Assembly: GCA_012837615.1 (NCBI GenBank)
Contig: DUQX01000037.1
Coordinates: 76 to 64,075 of the forward strand
DNA length: 64,000 bases
Direction of reading: 5' to 3'
Source of the DNA: Bacillota bacterium
GTDB taxonomy: Bacteria > Bacillota > Dethiobacteria > DTU022 > UBA8154
Part shown: positions 26,879-36,258 of the stretch, piece after piece
Layout: each line of letters begins with the position of its first letter
How positions within the stretch are numbered: position 1 is the first letter of the stretch
Notes under the pieces: generated by a model
Databases searched by the model: none
What the model was told of the DNA's origin: nothing
What the model saw: only the letters and a program-made list of their open reading frames with translations
Made by a program: the position numbers and the translations under genes

Positions 26879-27209
26879 TTTTACTATGAAAATAAGCTAA
26901 AGGAACTGCAAAGACATTATTTGAATATTTTTTTTAAATAATATAATAAAATAAACATAAATAATCCAGTTTATAAAAAAATTTTAACGGTAACGAATAC
27001 CTATTACTTTTTTGAATGTTTTGCTTTACAGATGGAAAGGGGGAGATAGCGAAAAAAATGTTATGGTTTAGCAATGCAAATGTAGGAATTTTTTAAAAGT
27101 TGATATTTTGGGGAAAAGAGGAGTGCTGATATACCTGAAATACAAATAAAGCTGATGAAAAAGATTGTCTTATAAGTATTTCGCCCGCAAAGATAGAGGA
27201 GGTGGAACT

Positions 27210-28202
27210 ATGAGTAAATTATCACTTACTCTGGCTTGTGCACCGTATGATCGGGTTCAGGCCTTGCTTAAAGGAGCGGTGAGTCCAGAAGGCATTGATC
27301 TTAATTTTTTGCCAATGGAGGTAGAAGAGATATTTTGGCGTCAATTAAGATACGGTGAATTTGATGTCTCCGAATGCTCATTATCATCATATAGCATGAT
27401 TAGAGCAAAGGGGGATGACCGGTTCATTGCTATTCCGGTTTTTCCTTCAAGGTTTTTCCGTCATTCATGTATTTTTATCAATACTCAAAAAGGAATTGAG
27501 CGGCCGGAAGACTTAAAAGGAAAAATTGTAGGGGTGCCTGAGTATCAGATGACGGCCCCTGTTTGGCAAAGGGGCATCCTGGCAGATGAGTACGGTGTGC
27601 AGCCTCGTGATATCAGCTGGCGGGGTGGAGGACAGGAAGAACCGGGCAGGGTTGATAAGGTTAAAATGAATCTACCTTCCGATGTGCATTACGAGTCGAT
27701 CCCTTCTGACAAAACACTTTCCGAAATGCTCAATAATGGTGAAATAGATGCACTTTTAACAGCCCGAACACCTTCCTGTTTTCAAAAAGGCTCTCCAAAT
27801 GTAGCGCGTCTTTTTCCTAACTTCCGTGAGCTAGAAGAGGATTATTATCGGCGTACCAAAATTTTTCCTATTATGCATACCATTATTATCAGGCGTGAAA
27901 TTTACGATGCTCATCGCTGGGTAGCCATGAGCCTTTACAAGGCGTTTTGTGAATCTAAAGAAATAACAATGCGCAATTTTGATATTACTTCAGCTCTTTA
28001 TACTACCCTTCCGTGGATGGTTGGCGAAGTTGAGCGGACTCGCCGGGTTATGGGAAACGACTTTTGGCCATATGGAATAGAGCCCAATAGGAAAACATTG
28101 GAAACCTTTTTCCGATATCACTACGAGCAAGGTCTTTCGAAAAGAAAAATGACCATAGAAGAACTTTTTGCACCGGAAACAATGGATGAATTTAAAATAT
28201 AA
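27210..28202 (+). CDS. 4,5-dihydroxyphthalate-decarboxylase-like protein (cytoplasmic PBP-type-2 fold)
   Basis: The N-terminus 'MSKLSLTLACAPYDRVQALLKGAVSPEGIDLNFLPMEVEEIFWRQLRYGEFDVSECSLSSY' matches the family usually annotated PhtD, and there is no signal peptide. ATG 27210 follows GAGGAGG. Confidence 0.75.
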   Translation: MSKLSLTLACAPYDRVQALLKGAVSPEGIDLNFLPMEVEEIFWRQLRYGEFDVSECSLSSYSMIRAKGDDRFIAIPVFPSRFFRHSCIFINTQKGIERPEDLKGKIVGVPEYQMTAPVWQRGILADEYGVQPRDISWRGGGQEEPGRVDKVKMNLPSDVHYESIPSDKTLSEMLNNGEIDALLTARTPSCFQKGSPNVARLFPNFRELEEDYYRRTKIFPIMHTIIIRREIYDAHRWVAMSLYKAFCESKEITMRNFDITSALYTTLPWMVGEVERTRRVMGNDFWPYGIEPNRKTLETFFRYHYEQGLSKRKMTIEELFAPETMDEFKI

Positions 28203-28248
28203 TTCTTAAGCAACATTGGCACAATTATTTTTTTGGGGAGGGAATGTA

Positions 28249-29739
28249 ATGTCTCAGCCGCAGATTCAATTTAAATCTGAGGTATCGGCAAAAAAGGCTT
28301 ATAATCTTATTTTCCGAATTATTATTGGACCGTTGTGTTTTTTTATAGTCCAGGCTATTCCCCTAGCCGGTTTAGAACCAAAAGCTCATTTTGCCCTTAG
28401 TTGCTATGCCTGGATTCTTGCCTGGTGGGCTACAATGCCCATTCCCTGGGCAGTTACAGGCTTATTACCGTTAATCCTTTTTCCTCTTGGAGGTGCCATG
28501 CCAATTAAGGAAGTAGCTTTGCTTTACGGGCAACGGGTTTTTTTCTTCCTCTTGGGAGTAATGTTGTTTGGGCACGCTTTTCGAAAACATGGCTTAGCTA
28601 GAAGAATGGCGGTTAGTGTATTAAGCATTCCAGGAATAGCTACTTCGGGTACTAGACTTGTCCTAGTGATAGTCATAGTATCAGCAATTGTTTCGGCTAT
28701 GGTTGATGATGCGGCATCAGTAGCAATTATGATTCCAATCGCCCTTTCTGTAGCAAAATTTGCAGGAGATTCTTATGCAAAGTCCTCAAGAATAAGCGGT
28801 ATCAGTACCCCAAACTTGATGACAGCATCCTGTTTGGGAGTGCTTTATGGTTCTGCAGCAGGCGGTATGGCAACCCCGGCAGGAGTGCCTTTTAATCCTT
28901 TGGCTATTTCTCTTCTCAATGAGCTGACAGGATATCACGTAAGTTTTGCTCAGTGGACTCTAACAGGAATAATCCTTATGATTGCTACTATTCCTGTTTA
29001 CTATTTGGTTTTGAAATATATGTCACCACCAGAAGTTCAATCTATCGCAGAAGGAGCAGAATATTTTAACGAAGAAAAGAAAAAACTTGGCCAGCTGAGC
29101 CAGGGGGAAAAGAATGTTCTTTTTGTTTTGATTGTAATGGTGGTTTTGTGGTTTTTGCCGGGTTTTGTTAATATCAGTTTCCTGGATATCTGGTATGTTC
29201 CTCCGGTTGGAATGCTCATCCTTTTTCTTCTGCCGGTCAATGCACAAACGGGAGAGATGACCTTAAGTTCTAAAGATTTTCAGGAAGGAGTGTTATGGAA
29301 TGTCTTATTCCTGGTTGTAAGTGGTACTGCACTGGCAAGCGGATTGGTCCAACTGGGAATAACCGAATGGCTTGAAGTAATAATTACAGGCGGTTTGTCA
29401 GCTTCTATACTTCCATGGTTTGCCGGTATCATCACTCCAATATTAAGCCACCTTACGAGCGGAACGGCAACTACTTCAATGGTATCAACTATCCTGTTTC
29501 CTATAGCCAACAACCTGGGCTATAACCCTGCAATTCTAGCCAGAATCATTACCGGTACAGCGCTGGCTGTATCCTTTCCCTGGGCCGGTGCAGCGGCGGG
29601 AACTGCCTTTTCTTCCGGTACATTTAGTTTTGGAACCATGTTTAGGATTGGTGTTGTAGCTACATTTTTTACTATGATAGTAGTAACGTTGCTGAGCATT
29701 ATCTTGGTACCAGCTTTGGGCGCTTTTTCTTTAATTTAA
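28249..29739 (+). CDS. DASS/SLC13-type (ion-transporter superfamily) anion permease
   Basis: About 496 aa and polytopic, organised like a di/tricarboxylate-sulfate symporter. ATG 28249 follows GGGGAGGG. Confidence 0.75.
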   Translation: MSQPQIQFKSEVSAKKAYNLIFRIIIGPLCFFIVQAIPLAGLEPKAHFALSCYAWILAWWATMPIPWAVTGLLPLILFPLGGAMPIKEVALLYGQRVFFFLLGVMLFGHAFRKHGLARRMAVSVLSIPGIATSGTRLVLVIVIVSAIVSAMVDDAASVAIMIPIALSVAKFAGDSYAKSSRISGISTPNLMTASCLGVLYGSAAGGMATPAGVPFNPLAISLLNELTGYHVSFAQWTLTGIILMIATIPVYYLVLKYMSPPEVQSIAEGAEYFNEEKKKLGQLSQGEKNVLFVLIVMVVLWFLPGFVNISFLDIWYVPPVGMLILFLLPVNAQTGEMTLSSKDFQEGVLWNVLFLVVSGTALASGLVQLGITEWLEVIITGGLSASILPWFAGIITPILSHLTSGTATTSMVSTILFPIANNLGYNPAILARIITGTALAVSFPWAGAAAGTAFSSGTFSFGTMFRIGVVATFFTMIVVTLLSIILVPALGAFSLI

Positions 29740-29791
29740 ATATATCATTTTATAAAAAATATTATATTTCAAATGTAAAGGAGCGAATTTT

Positions 29792-30571
29792 ATGGATAAA
29801 ATGATTAGTTATAATCGCTTAAACTGTGATGCTCGTGATATCAAACAAGCAAAAGAACAACTGGTTCTGGGCAGCCGCATCCTTGCCAACGAGGGAATAC
29901 TGGATGGGCTTGGCCATCTAAGTATCAGAAACCCTGAAAACCCCGGTACTTTCCTGCAGAGCAGATCTCTTTCTCCCGAGTTTATTACCGTGGAGGACAT
30001 TATGGAAATTGCTCTGGACGGTAATGTTGTAGTAGGTATTGAAGGAAAAAAACCTTACGGCGAGCGCATCCTGCACGGTGCTATCTTAGAAGCGCGTCCC
30101 GACTTAAACTGTGTCTTCCACGGGCATCCCCTGCCGCTTATTCCTTTCACCGTTTGCAAAGATATGCCTTTAAAACCCGTAATGAACTACGGTGCAATCT
30201 TCTATAATGGTTTTGGTTACTATGATGACTCCGATGTTAGTAGCGGAACCATTATTATAACTCCCGAAGAAGGTGCCCGCGTTGCCCGGGCAATGGGTGA
30301 TAAATATGCTTGCCTGCTTCGCGGTCACGGAGTGGTAACAGGTGCGGAAAATATTCCTCAGCTAGTACTTGACACAATTCTTTTGACTAAAAACGCTGAG
30401 GTACAGCTGAGTATTGAAGCTGCCGGCAAAGAACCCAAGCTTACCACCAGCGAAGAAGGCAGAGCTTACAGAAAAATTATGCATGCCGACAACGCTTTGC
30501 TCCGCTGCTGGAACTATTATGTTGAACGTGCAAAAAAGGCTATGCCCGACATCCGTGATCTGCAGGGCTAA
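29792..30571 (+). CDS. Class II aldolase/adducin-family protein
   Basis: 259 aa with 'LDGLGHLSIR', 'ILHGAILEARPDLNCVFHGHP' and 'LLRGHGVV', the metal-binding His pattern of this fold. Confidence 0.85.
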   Translation: MDKMISYNRLNCDARDIKQAKEQLVLGSRILANEGILDGLGHLSIRNPENPGTFLQSRSLSPEFITVEDIMEIALDGNVVVGIEGKKPYGERILHGAILEARPDLNCVFHGHPLPLIPFTVCKDMPLKPVMNYGAIFYNGFGYYDDSDVSSGTIIITPEEGARVARAMGDKYACLLRGHGVVTGAENIPQLVLDTILLTKNAEVQLSIEAAGKEPKLTTSEEGRAYRKIMHADNALLRCWNYYVERAKKAMPDIRDLQG

Positions 30572-30764
30572 TTTACTAAAAATTATAAAAAAATTATATT
30601 GTATCACTGGGCAGGCATTTACATGTCTGCCCTATTACTGAACAAGTCTGCCAGATTATAAATAAAAGGCAGCAATCTAATCGTTTATGGAATTATATGG
30701 AATTACAATAAGTGTTTAAGGACTTTTTTTACTACATAAATATTATGAAAGAGGAGATGATAGT

Positions 30765-32051
30765 ATGAACCTTACGATGCTAGTTATCTCTGCTATTATA
30801 GTCGCCATAGCGCTAGGATTTGTATTTAAAATCAATGTTGGGCTTTTGGCTATTGTATTTAGTTATATTATCGGCGCTTTTTTTATGGGGCTTAAAACCA
30901 AAGATATTATCTTAATGTGGCCGACTAATCTCTTTTGGATGATTCTGACCATTACTTTTTTTTACGGGTTCGCGATGTCAAACGGTACCTTAAGCGTTAT
31001 TGCCCGCAAGACTGTTTTTGCTTCAAGGAAATATCCCTATTTAATACCAATCACACTCTATATTCTGACATTGATAATTTCAGGAATAGGCCCCGGGGCG
31101 ATAGCTGTATTTGCATTGATGTCGCCCCTAATCATGGCTATTGTAATGGAATCAAACATAAGCCCTATATTAGGCGCGACTATTATCATCTGCGGAGGCT
31201 CGGCTGGCGGTTGGTCTCCGATAGCCGTAAATGGAGTTGTTACGCGGGGAGTAATAGAAACGGCGGGATATGGGGCAGATTCAAGTGCTTTAAGCGCCTC
31301 AGTATTTAGCAATATGCTTATTGTCTGCACCATTGTTTTTATCTTGGCGTATTTTATCCTGGGGGGGTACAAAGCAAAAGCACTAAATATGGAGACCCCG
31401 CCTGATTTTAATAGGGATCAGATAATAAACATCTATTTAATAGCAACCGTTTTATTGGTTGCTATTCTTCCCCAGGTGTTAGCAGTTATCTTTCCCGCAT
31501 CTAAAATGCTGGCATTTTTAAAGAATCAAATTGAAATAACCTTTATTGCAGTTATTGGCTCTGTCATTGCCATGTTTTATAAAATTGGCAATGAAAAAGA
31601 TGTCATATCTAAAGTTCCCTGGGGTATAATCGTCCTTATCTGTGGAACAGGAATGCTTATTAGTGTTGCAGTAGCAGCAGGTACTATTACCACCTTGTCT
31701 GCTTGGATGGGTAATCATGTATCGGCCGCTACAGCTCCCATCTTCCTTTCTATTGTCTCGGGGGTTATGAGCATTTTTTCAAGTACGTTAGGCGTAGTAA
31801 TTCCCACTCTATATCCTATGGTACCTGGTGTAATTGAAGCAACAGGTAATAACCCAGGGGTATTATTTTCAATTATCGCGGTTTCTTCCGTATTGGTAGC
31901 ATATTCACCCTTTTCCACAGCAGGAGCCTTGGCGGTCGCAGCTGTGGCGGACGAGGCTAAACGGAAAACATTATTTAATACCCTTTTAATAATTCCCTTC
32001 ATTACCTTGTGTCTAAATGTTCTATTTGTAGTTATAGGTGTAATCTATTAA
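30765..32051 (+). CDS. Second ion-transporter-superfamily anion permease (CitMHS/ArsB-NhaD-like)
   Basis: 428 aa with 10 or more TM segments and Gly/Ser-rich re-entrant-like segments ('IICGGSAGGWSPIAVNG'). The exact family is not resolved. Confidence 0.7.
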   Translation: MNLTMLVISAIIVAIALGFVFKINVGLLAIVFSYIIGAFFMGLKTKDIILMWPTNLFWMILTITFFYGFAMSNGTLSVIARKTVFASRKYPYLIPITLYILTLIISGIGPGAIAVFALMSPLIMAIVMESNISPILGATIIICGGSAGGWSPIAVNGVVTRGVIETAGYGADSSALSASVFSNMLIVCTIVFILAYFILGGYKAKALNMETPPDFNRDQIINIYLIATVLLVAILPQVLAVIFPASKMLAFLKNQIEITFIAVIGSVIAMFYKIGNEKDVISKVPWGIIVLICGTGMLISVAVAAGTITTLSAWMGNHVSAATAPIFLSIVSGVMSIFSSTLGVVIPTLYPMVPGVIEATGNNPGVLFSIIAVSSVLVAYSPFSTAGALAVAAVADEAKRKTLFNTLLIIPFITLCLNVLFVVIGVIY

Positions 32052-32116
32052 CGAATTTATTATAGACATAGTTGATCAGCTATATCAATATTTGGATATC
32101 CTTTTGTTGCCAGGAG

Positions 32117-32668
32117 TTATAAACAGATAATCATCCAGAAAAAACCAACATTTGAATAATAATGGGGGACGTATAAATTGAGATGTTCACGTCTGGTTCT
32201 AAGAGAGCCTGAAGGTAACATCTTATATTTTATTAAGCTGTTTTTTCCCCTAACCGCTCTTATGTTACATCTTGTCGTAGTGAAAATTCCCTTCTTTTGC
32301 AATTTATCTATTGCCCGAGTAGTAGTGACCCTGTTTAAGCCTGCAAACATGGCGACTTCTTCATGACTGAAGGGTAAGCTATCATTGGGGAAATCGGATA
32401 TGTCCTCCTCTAACAATAAATTAAGCAAGTTAAGTATTCGATCTTCACTTTTATCCAAGCTTACATGGTCAAGCTGCTTGATAACTACTCTAAAACGATG
32501 AACAATATTTTTCAAATAGGCAATGGCAGCATCCGGATAAATTAGATAAAGTAAACGAAAATAGCTTAAAATATGATGCAAAAAGATGGATATATCAATG
32601 GCCCTATTTCTGTTTATAGGGCTTGTTGTTTTCAGTAGGGTTGTTAGTGTTCGAATAGAAAATGCCAA
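32117..32668 (-). CDS. Crp/Fnr-family HTH regulator lacking most of the cNMP-binding barrel (likely a pseudogene)
   Basis: An intact HTH ('FSHEEVAMFAGLNRVTTTRAIDKLQKKGI') but only ~80 residues precede it. It has a TTG start, an odd 50-aa C-terminal tail, and short out-of-frame fragments upstream (to ~32790). Confidence 0.55.
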   Translation of the reverse strand: MAFSIRTLTTLLKTTSPINRNRAIDISIFLHHILSYFRLLYLIYPDAAIAYLKNIVHRFRVVIKQLDHVSLDKSEDRILNLLNLLLEEDISDFPNDSLPFSHEEVAMFAGLNRVTTTRAIDKLQKKGIFTTTRCNIRAVRGKNSLIKYKMLPSGSLRTRREHLNLYVPHYYSNVGFFWMIICL

Positions 32669-32859
32669 ATAAAGGGGATTTTACATTTTTAAATATAAGG
32701 TTTTACGCCTTTAAAAAAGTTTTATCTTTTAAGGATGAAATAAACGAGAAACATCCAGGTAATAAATGTTCAAAATACGCTCATAAAAGCATGTTTTTTC
32801 AGGGTAGATTATGGTATTATTGATAGTATAGCAGAGGCGAACAAAGAAGGCTTAGAATA

Positions 32860-33600
32860 TTGGACCGCAATTATGGCAAATGGTTTTTGAATACGGTTAA
32901 AAGGACGATTATCAAATACGGTATGATTAAAGAAGGGGATGCCCTTGCCCTCGGGGTTTCCGGGGGTAAAGACAGCAGCGCCCTCCTTTATATTATGTCT
33001 CTAGTGCAGCAGCATGCTCCCTTTCCATTTTCCATGCAGGCAGTTTTTGTCGATATGGGCTGGAGAATGGATATTGCGCCGTTGCGGGATCTGTGCTTGC
33101 GCCTGCAGATACCCCTTTTCGTAGAAAAGACGCTTATCTCAAGAATTGTTTTCGATGTGCGGCAAGAGAAAAATCCCTGTTCGCTGTGTGCTAAGCTCAG
33201 GCGGGGAGCTCTACATAAAGCGGCCAAAAGCCTTGGGTGCAACCGGGTTGCCCTGGGCCACCATCTGGATGATGCTCTGGGTACCTTTTTCTTAAATTTA
33301 TTTTATTCCGGTACGATAGGTACATTTAAACCCCATACTTATCTTGACCGGCGCGATCTTTATCTGATAAGGCCGTTGATCTGTCTCAAGGAGAAGGCAA
33401 TAGCCTCCCTTGTTAAAAAAGAAAACTTGCCGTCTATTGAAAACCCCTGCCCTGTTGCCGGTAAAACAAAGCGCGGGGAAATGGGGGAGGTAGTGGATTT
33501 TATCTCCCAGCGTTATCCATTTTTATATGAGAGGTTTATAACTTCTCTCGAGAAAAGCGGAACTTGGCCGGTTAAGCCGTATTTTGTCGGCGATGATTAG
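32860..33600 (+). CDS. ttcA: TtcA-like PP-loop ATPase (tRNA 2-thiocytidine synthase family)
   Basis: PP-loop 'LGVSGGKDSSAL' and 'NPCSLCAKLRRG'. TTG start. Confidence 0.8.
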   Translation: MDRNYGKWFLNTVKRTIIKYGMIKEGDALALGVSGGKDSSALLYIMSLVQQHAPFPFSMQAVFVDMGWRMDIAPLRDLCLRLQIPLFVEKTLISRIVFDVRQEKNPCSLCAKLRRGALHKAAKSLGCNRVALGHHLDDALGTFFLNLFYSGTIGTFKPHTYLDRRDLYLIRPLICLKEKAIASLVKKENLPSIENPCPVAGKTKRGEMGEVVDFISQRYPFLYERFITSLEKSGTWPVKPYFVGDD

Positions 33601-33671
33601 AAATCATCCAATACATGAAGGCTTTCAATTAAAGCTTTCAATTTAATAAGAACAGAAGGGAGCTAACACTA

Positions 33672-34427
33672 ATGAACCCAGCAGAATTATGCCGGGATAT
33701 AATCGATTGGCTGCAGAGAGAGGTTTTTTCGTCGGGAGGTAAAGGCGCAATATTTGGACTGAGCGGGGGCATTGATTCTGCACTGGTAGCCGTACTCTGT
33801 AAAAAAGCCTTTGATAACCGGTGCCTGGCGTTGATTATGCCATGCCACAGTCTTGATATTGATACGGAAAATGCTTTGCTGCTGGCAAGAGAGTTTGAAA
33901 TACCCTATATGATTATTTCGCTGGACGGGGTATTTGACCAGATGCTTCTCTCCCTTGGGGAAAAGCCGGAGGAGGCGGGAAAGAGCCTGGCTGCAGCAAA
34001 TATTAAGCCCCGCCTGCGAATGACTGCCCTTTATTACCATGCCGCTAAAAATGGCTATCGCGTTATCGGGACGGGGAATAAAAGCGAGATTGCCATCGGC
34101 TATTTTACAAAATACGGTGATGCGGGGGTGGATCTGGAACCTATCGGCGATCTTTTAAAAGAGGAAGTGATAAAGCTATCTGAGTATCTCCAAATTCCAC
34201 GTGAGATAATCGATAGAGAACCAACAGCCGGATTGTGGGAGAACCAGAATGATGAGGATGAAATGGGTTTTTCTTATCGCGAACTTGATTGCTATTTAAG
34301 AGGCGAAGCTGTAGATCCTGCTATCCAGAAAAAGATTGCGGAAATGCAGCGGTCCAGCGAGCATAAACGCAACATGCCTCCGATTTATTTAAAAAATAAT
34401 AAAGCAGGTTCTAAAGGGGCTAATTAG
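33672..34427 (+). CDS. nadE: NH3-dependent NAD+ synthetase
   Basis: 'FGLSGGIDSALVA' PP-loop, 'GTGNKSEIAIGYFTKYGD', and 'SSEHKRNMPP' at the C-terminus. Confidence 0.93.
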   Translation: MNPAELCRDIIDWLQREVFSSGGKGAIFGLSGGIDSALVAVLCKKAFDNRCLALIMPCHSLDIDTENALLLAREFEIPYMIISLDGVFDQMLLSLGEKPEEAGKSLAAANIKPRLRMTALYYHAAKNGYRVIGTGNKSEIAIGYFTKYGDAGVDLEPIGDLLKEEVIKLSEYLQIPREIIDREPTAGLWENQNDEDEMGFSYRELDCYLRGEAVDPAIQKKIAEMQRSSEHKRNMPPIYLKNNKAGSKGAN

Positions 34428-34500
34428 CGGTATTTCTTATTGTCAGTGATAAAAAGTTGTGTTAAAATAAATTTCTAGTAAAAGTTTTTTATTAAAATAA

Positions 34501-34527
34501 AAAACCGCCTTAATCGGCGTTTTTTTT
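34501..34527 (+). terminator. Weak terminator after nadE
   Basis: A short CGCC/GGCG stem flanked by an A-run and an 8-T run. Confidence 0.45.
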
Positions 34528-34698
34528 AGGAGTATGCTTGCATTTGATTACGGGCTGTGATAAAAATGAGTATACCGCTTTGGCGGATAAATAATATAGT
34601 TTGCTTAAATAATAAGTCTTCATGTATGTCCGGTCCCGGTTGGTTGTTCCTGCCATAACTTTGATTTCCTGTTAGATAAAAGGAGGTTGGCATAATAA

Positions 34699-36147
34699 GT
34701 GTATAAGTGGGAAAAGATAGACACTAATAAAGTCTGTCTGGAGGTTGAGGTTCCTGTAGAGGAAGTTGACGATGCTTTGGATAAGGCTTACAGTAAGGTA
34801 GTTAAGAAAATAACTGTTCCGGGTTTTCGTAAGGGTAAGGCTCCAAGAAAAATACTGGAATCCCGCTATGGACCGGAAATTTTTTATGAAGATGCGCTGG
34901 AGATTCTGGTTGATCCCAATTATAATAAGGCTGTAAAAGAATGCCAGCTTGAGCCGATTGATAAGCCTGAACTCGAGCTGGTTCAGATGGAAAAAGGCAA
35001 ACCTCTTATTTTTAAAGTTACTGTAGATGTAAAGCCCGAGGTGGAACTGGGCGATTATAAGGGAATTACAATAGAACAGGAAAAAAAAGAGATTACCGCA
35101 GAAGATGTGGAAAAATATTTAAGCTCGCTCAGGGAACAACATGCCAGATTAGTTACCCTTGAGGAGGGGGAAATACGTGAGAAGGATCTGGCTGTCATTG
35201 ATTTTTCCGGTACTATCGATGGTGAACCCTTTGAAGGGGGAGAGGCTGAAAACTATTCCCTGGAGATCGGTTCGGGTTCTTTTATTCGGGGTTTTGAGGA
35301 ACAGCTTATAGGAGCGCATAAGAACGAGGAAAGGGAGGTTAAAGTCACCTTTCCTGAAGATTATAACCAGGAAGAGCTTAGAGGGAAGGAAGCGGTTTTC
35401 CATGTAAAAGTAAAGGAAATTAAAAGGCCTCAGCTTCCTGAGTTAAATGATGAATTTGTCCAGGAACTAACAGAAGAGTTTTCCACCTTAGAGGAGTTTA
35501 AAGCTGATGTAGAGAATAAACTTAAAGAGAACCTGGAAAATAAAGAAAAAATTAACCTGGAGAGCATGCTCATTGAAAAAATTGCTGAGGAGTCCAAGGT
35601 TGACGTTCCTGAAGTACTTGTAGAGAGGGAATTGGATAACAGGTTGGCTGAATTCGAATACTACCTGCGCATGCAGGGGCTTACTCTTGAACAGTACGGG
35701 CAGCTGGTAGAGGGAGGAATTGAAAAAATAAGAGAAGAACAGCGTGGTGAAGCGTTAAAGCACGCTAAGGCGAATCTGGTTTTGGATGCGATTATCAAGA
35801 AAGAGGCTTTAGAAGCTACTGATGAGGAAGTTGAGGAGAAGATCAAAGAGGTTGTGCAGAATACAAATGTCAAAAATGGGGATGAAATAGACCTGGAAAA
35901 AATAAAAGAACAGTTTGAAAAGCAAGGCCGCCTTGACATAATTGCACATGAAATTAAATATCGTAAAGCTATCGATCTGCTGGTTGAGCATGCTAATATT
36001 ATTCAGATTGAGCCGGGGAGTACAGGAGAAGTAAACAATAAGGATGAGGGAAAAGAAAAAGGCGTAAAAACTGAATCAAAGGATGAAGGTGAAAAAAAAG
36101 ACCCCGGGGTTGAAGATACTCCCAATACCCGGAAAGAGGATGAATAA
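34699..36147 (+). CDS. tig: Trigger factor with a ~45-aa Lys/Glu-rich C-terminal tail
   Basis: Ribosome-binding 'VPGFRKGKAPRKILE' and an FKBP domain ('DFSGTIDGEPFEGG'). GTG start; positioned upstream of clpP-clpX. Confidence 0.95.
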   Translation: MYKWEKIDTNKVCLEVEVPVEEVDDALDKAYSKVVKKITVPGFRKGKAPRKILESRYGPEIFYEDALEILVDPNYNKAVKECQLEPIDKPELELVQMEKGKPLIFKVTVDVKPEVELGDYKGITIEQEKKEITAEDVEKYLSSLREQHARLVTLEEGEIREKDLAVIDFSGTIDGEPFEGGEAENYSLEIGSGSFIRGFEEQLIGAHKNEEREVKVTFPEDYNQEELRGKEAVFHVKVKEIKRPQLPELNDEFVQELTEEFSTLEEFKADVENKLKENLENKEKINLESMLIEKIAEESKVDVPEVLVERELDNRLAEFEYYLRMQGLTLEQYGQLVEGGIEKIREEQRGEALKHAKANLVLDAIIKKEALEATDEEVEEKIKEVVQNTNVKNGDEIDLEKIKEQFEKQGRLDIIAHEIKYRKAIDLLVEHANIIQIEPGSTGEVNNKDEGKEKGVKTESKDEGEKKDPGVEDTPNTRKEDE

Positions 36148-36258
36148 ACTTAAGAGTGTATGCACTAAAAAGGGCGTTTAGCGGTTTAAGAGAGGTTTTA
36201 ATGGGTTTGCTTGCCTTGCAAAGATTCTATTTAATTTTTATCAGGGAGTGTGTGAACA

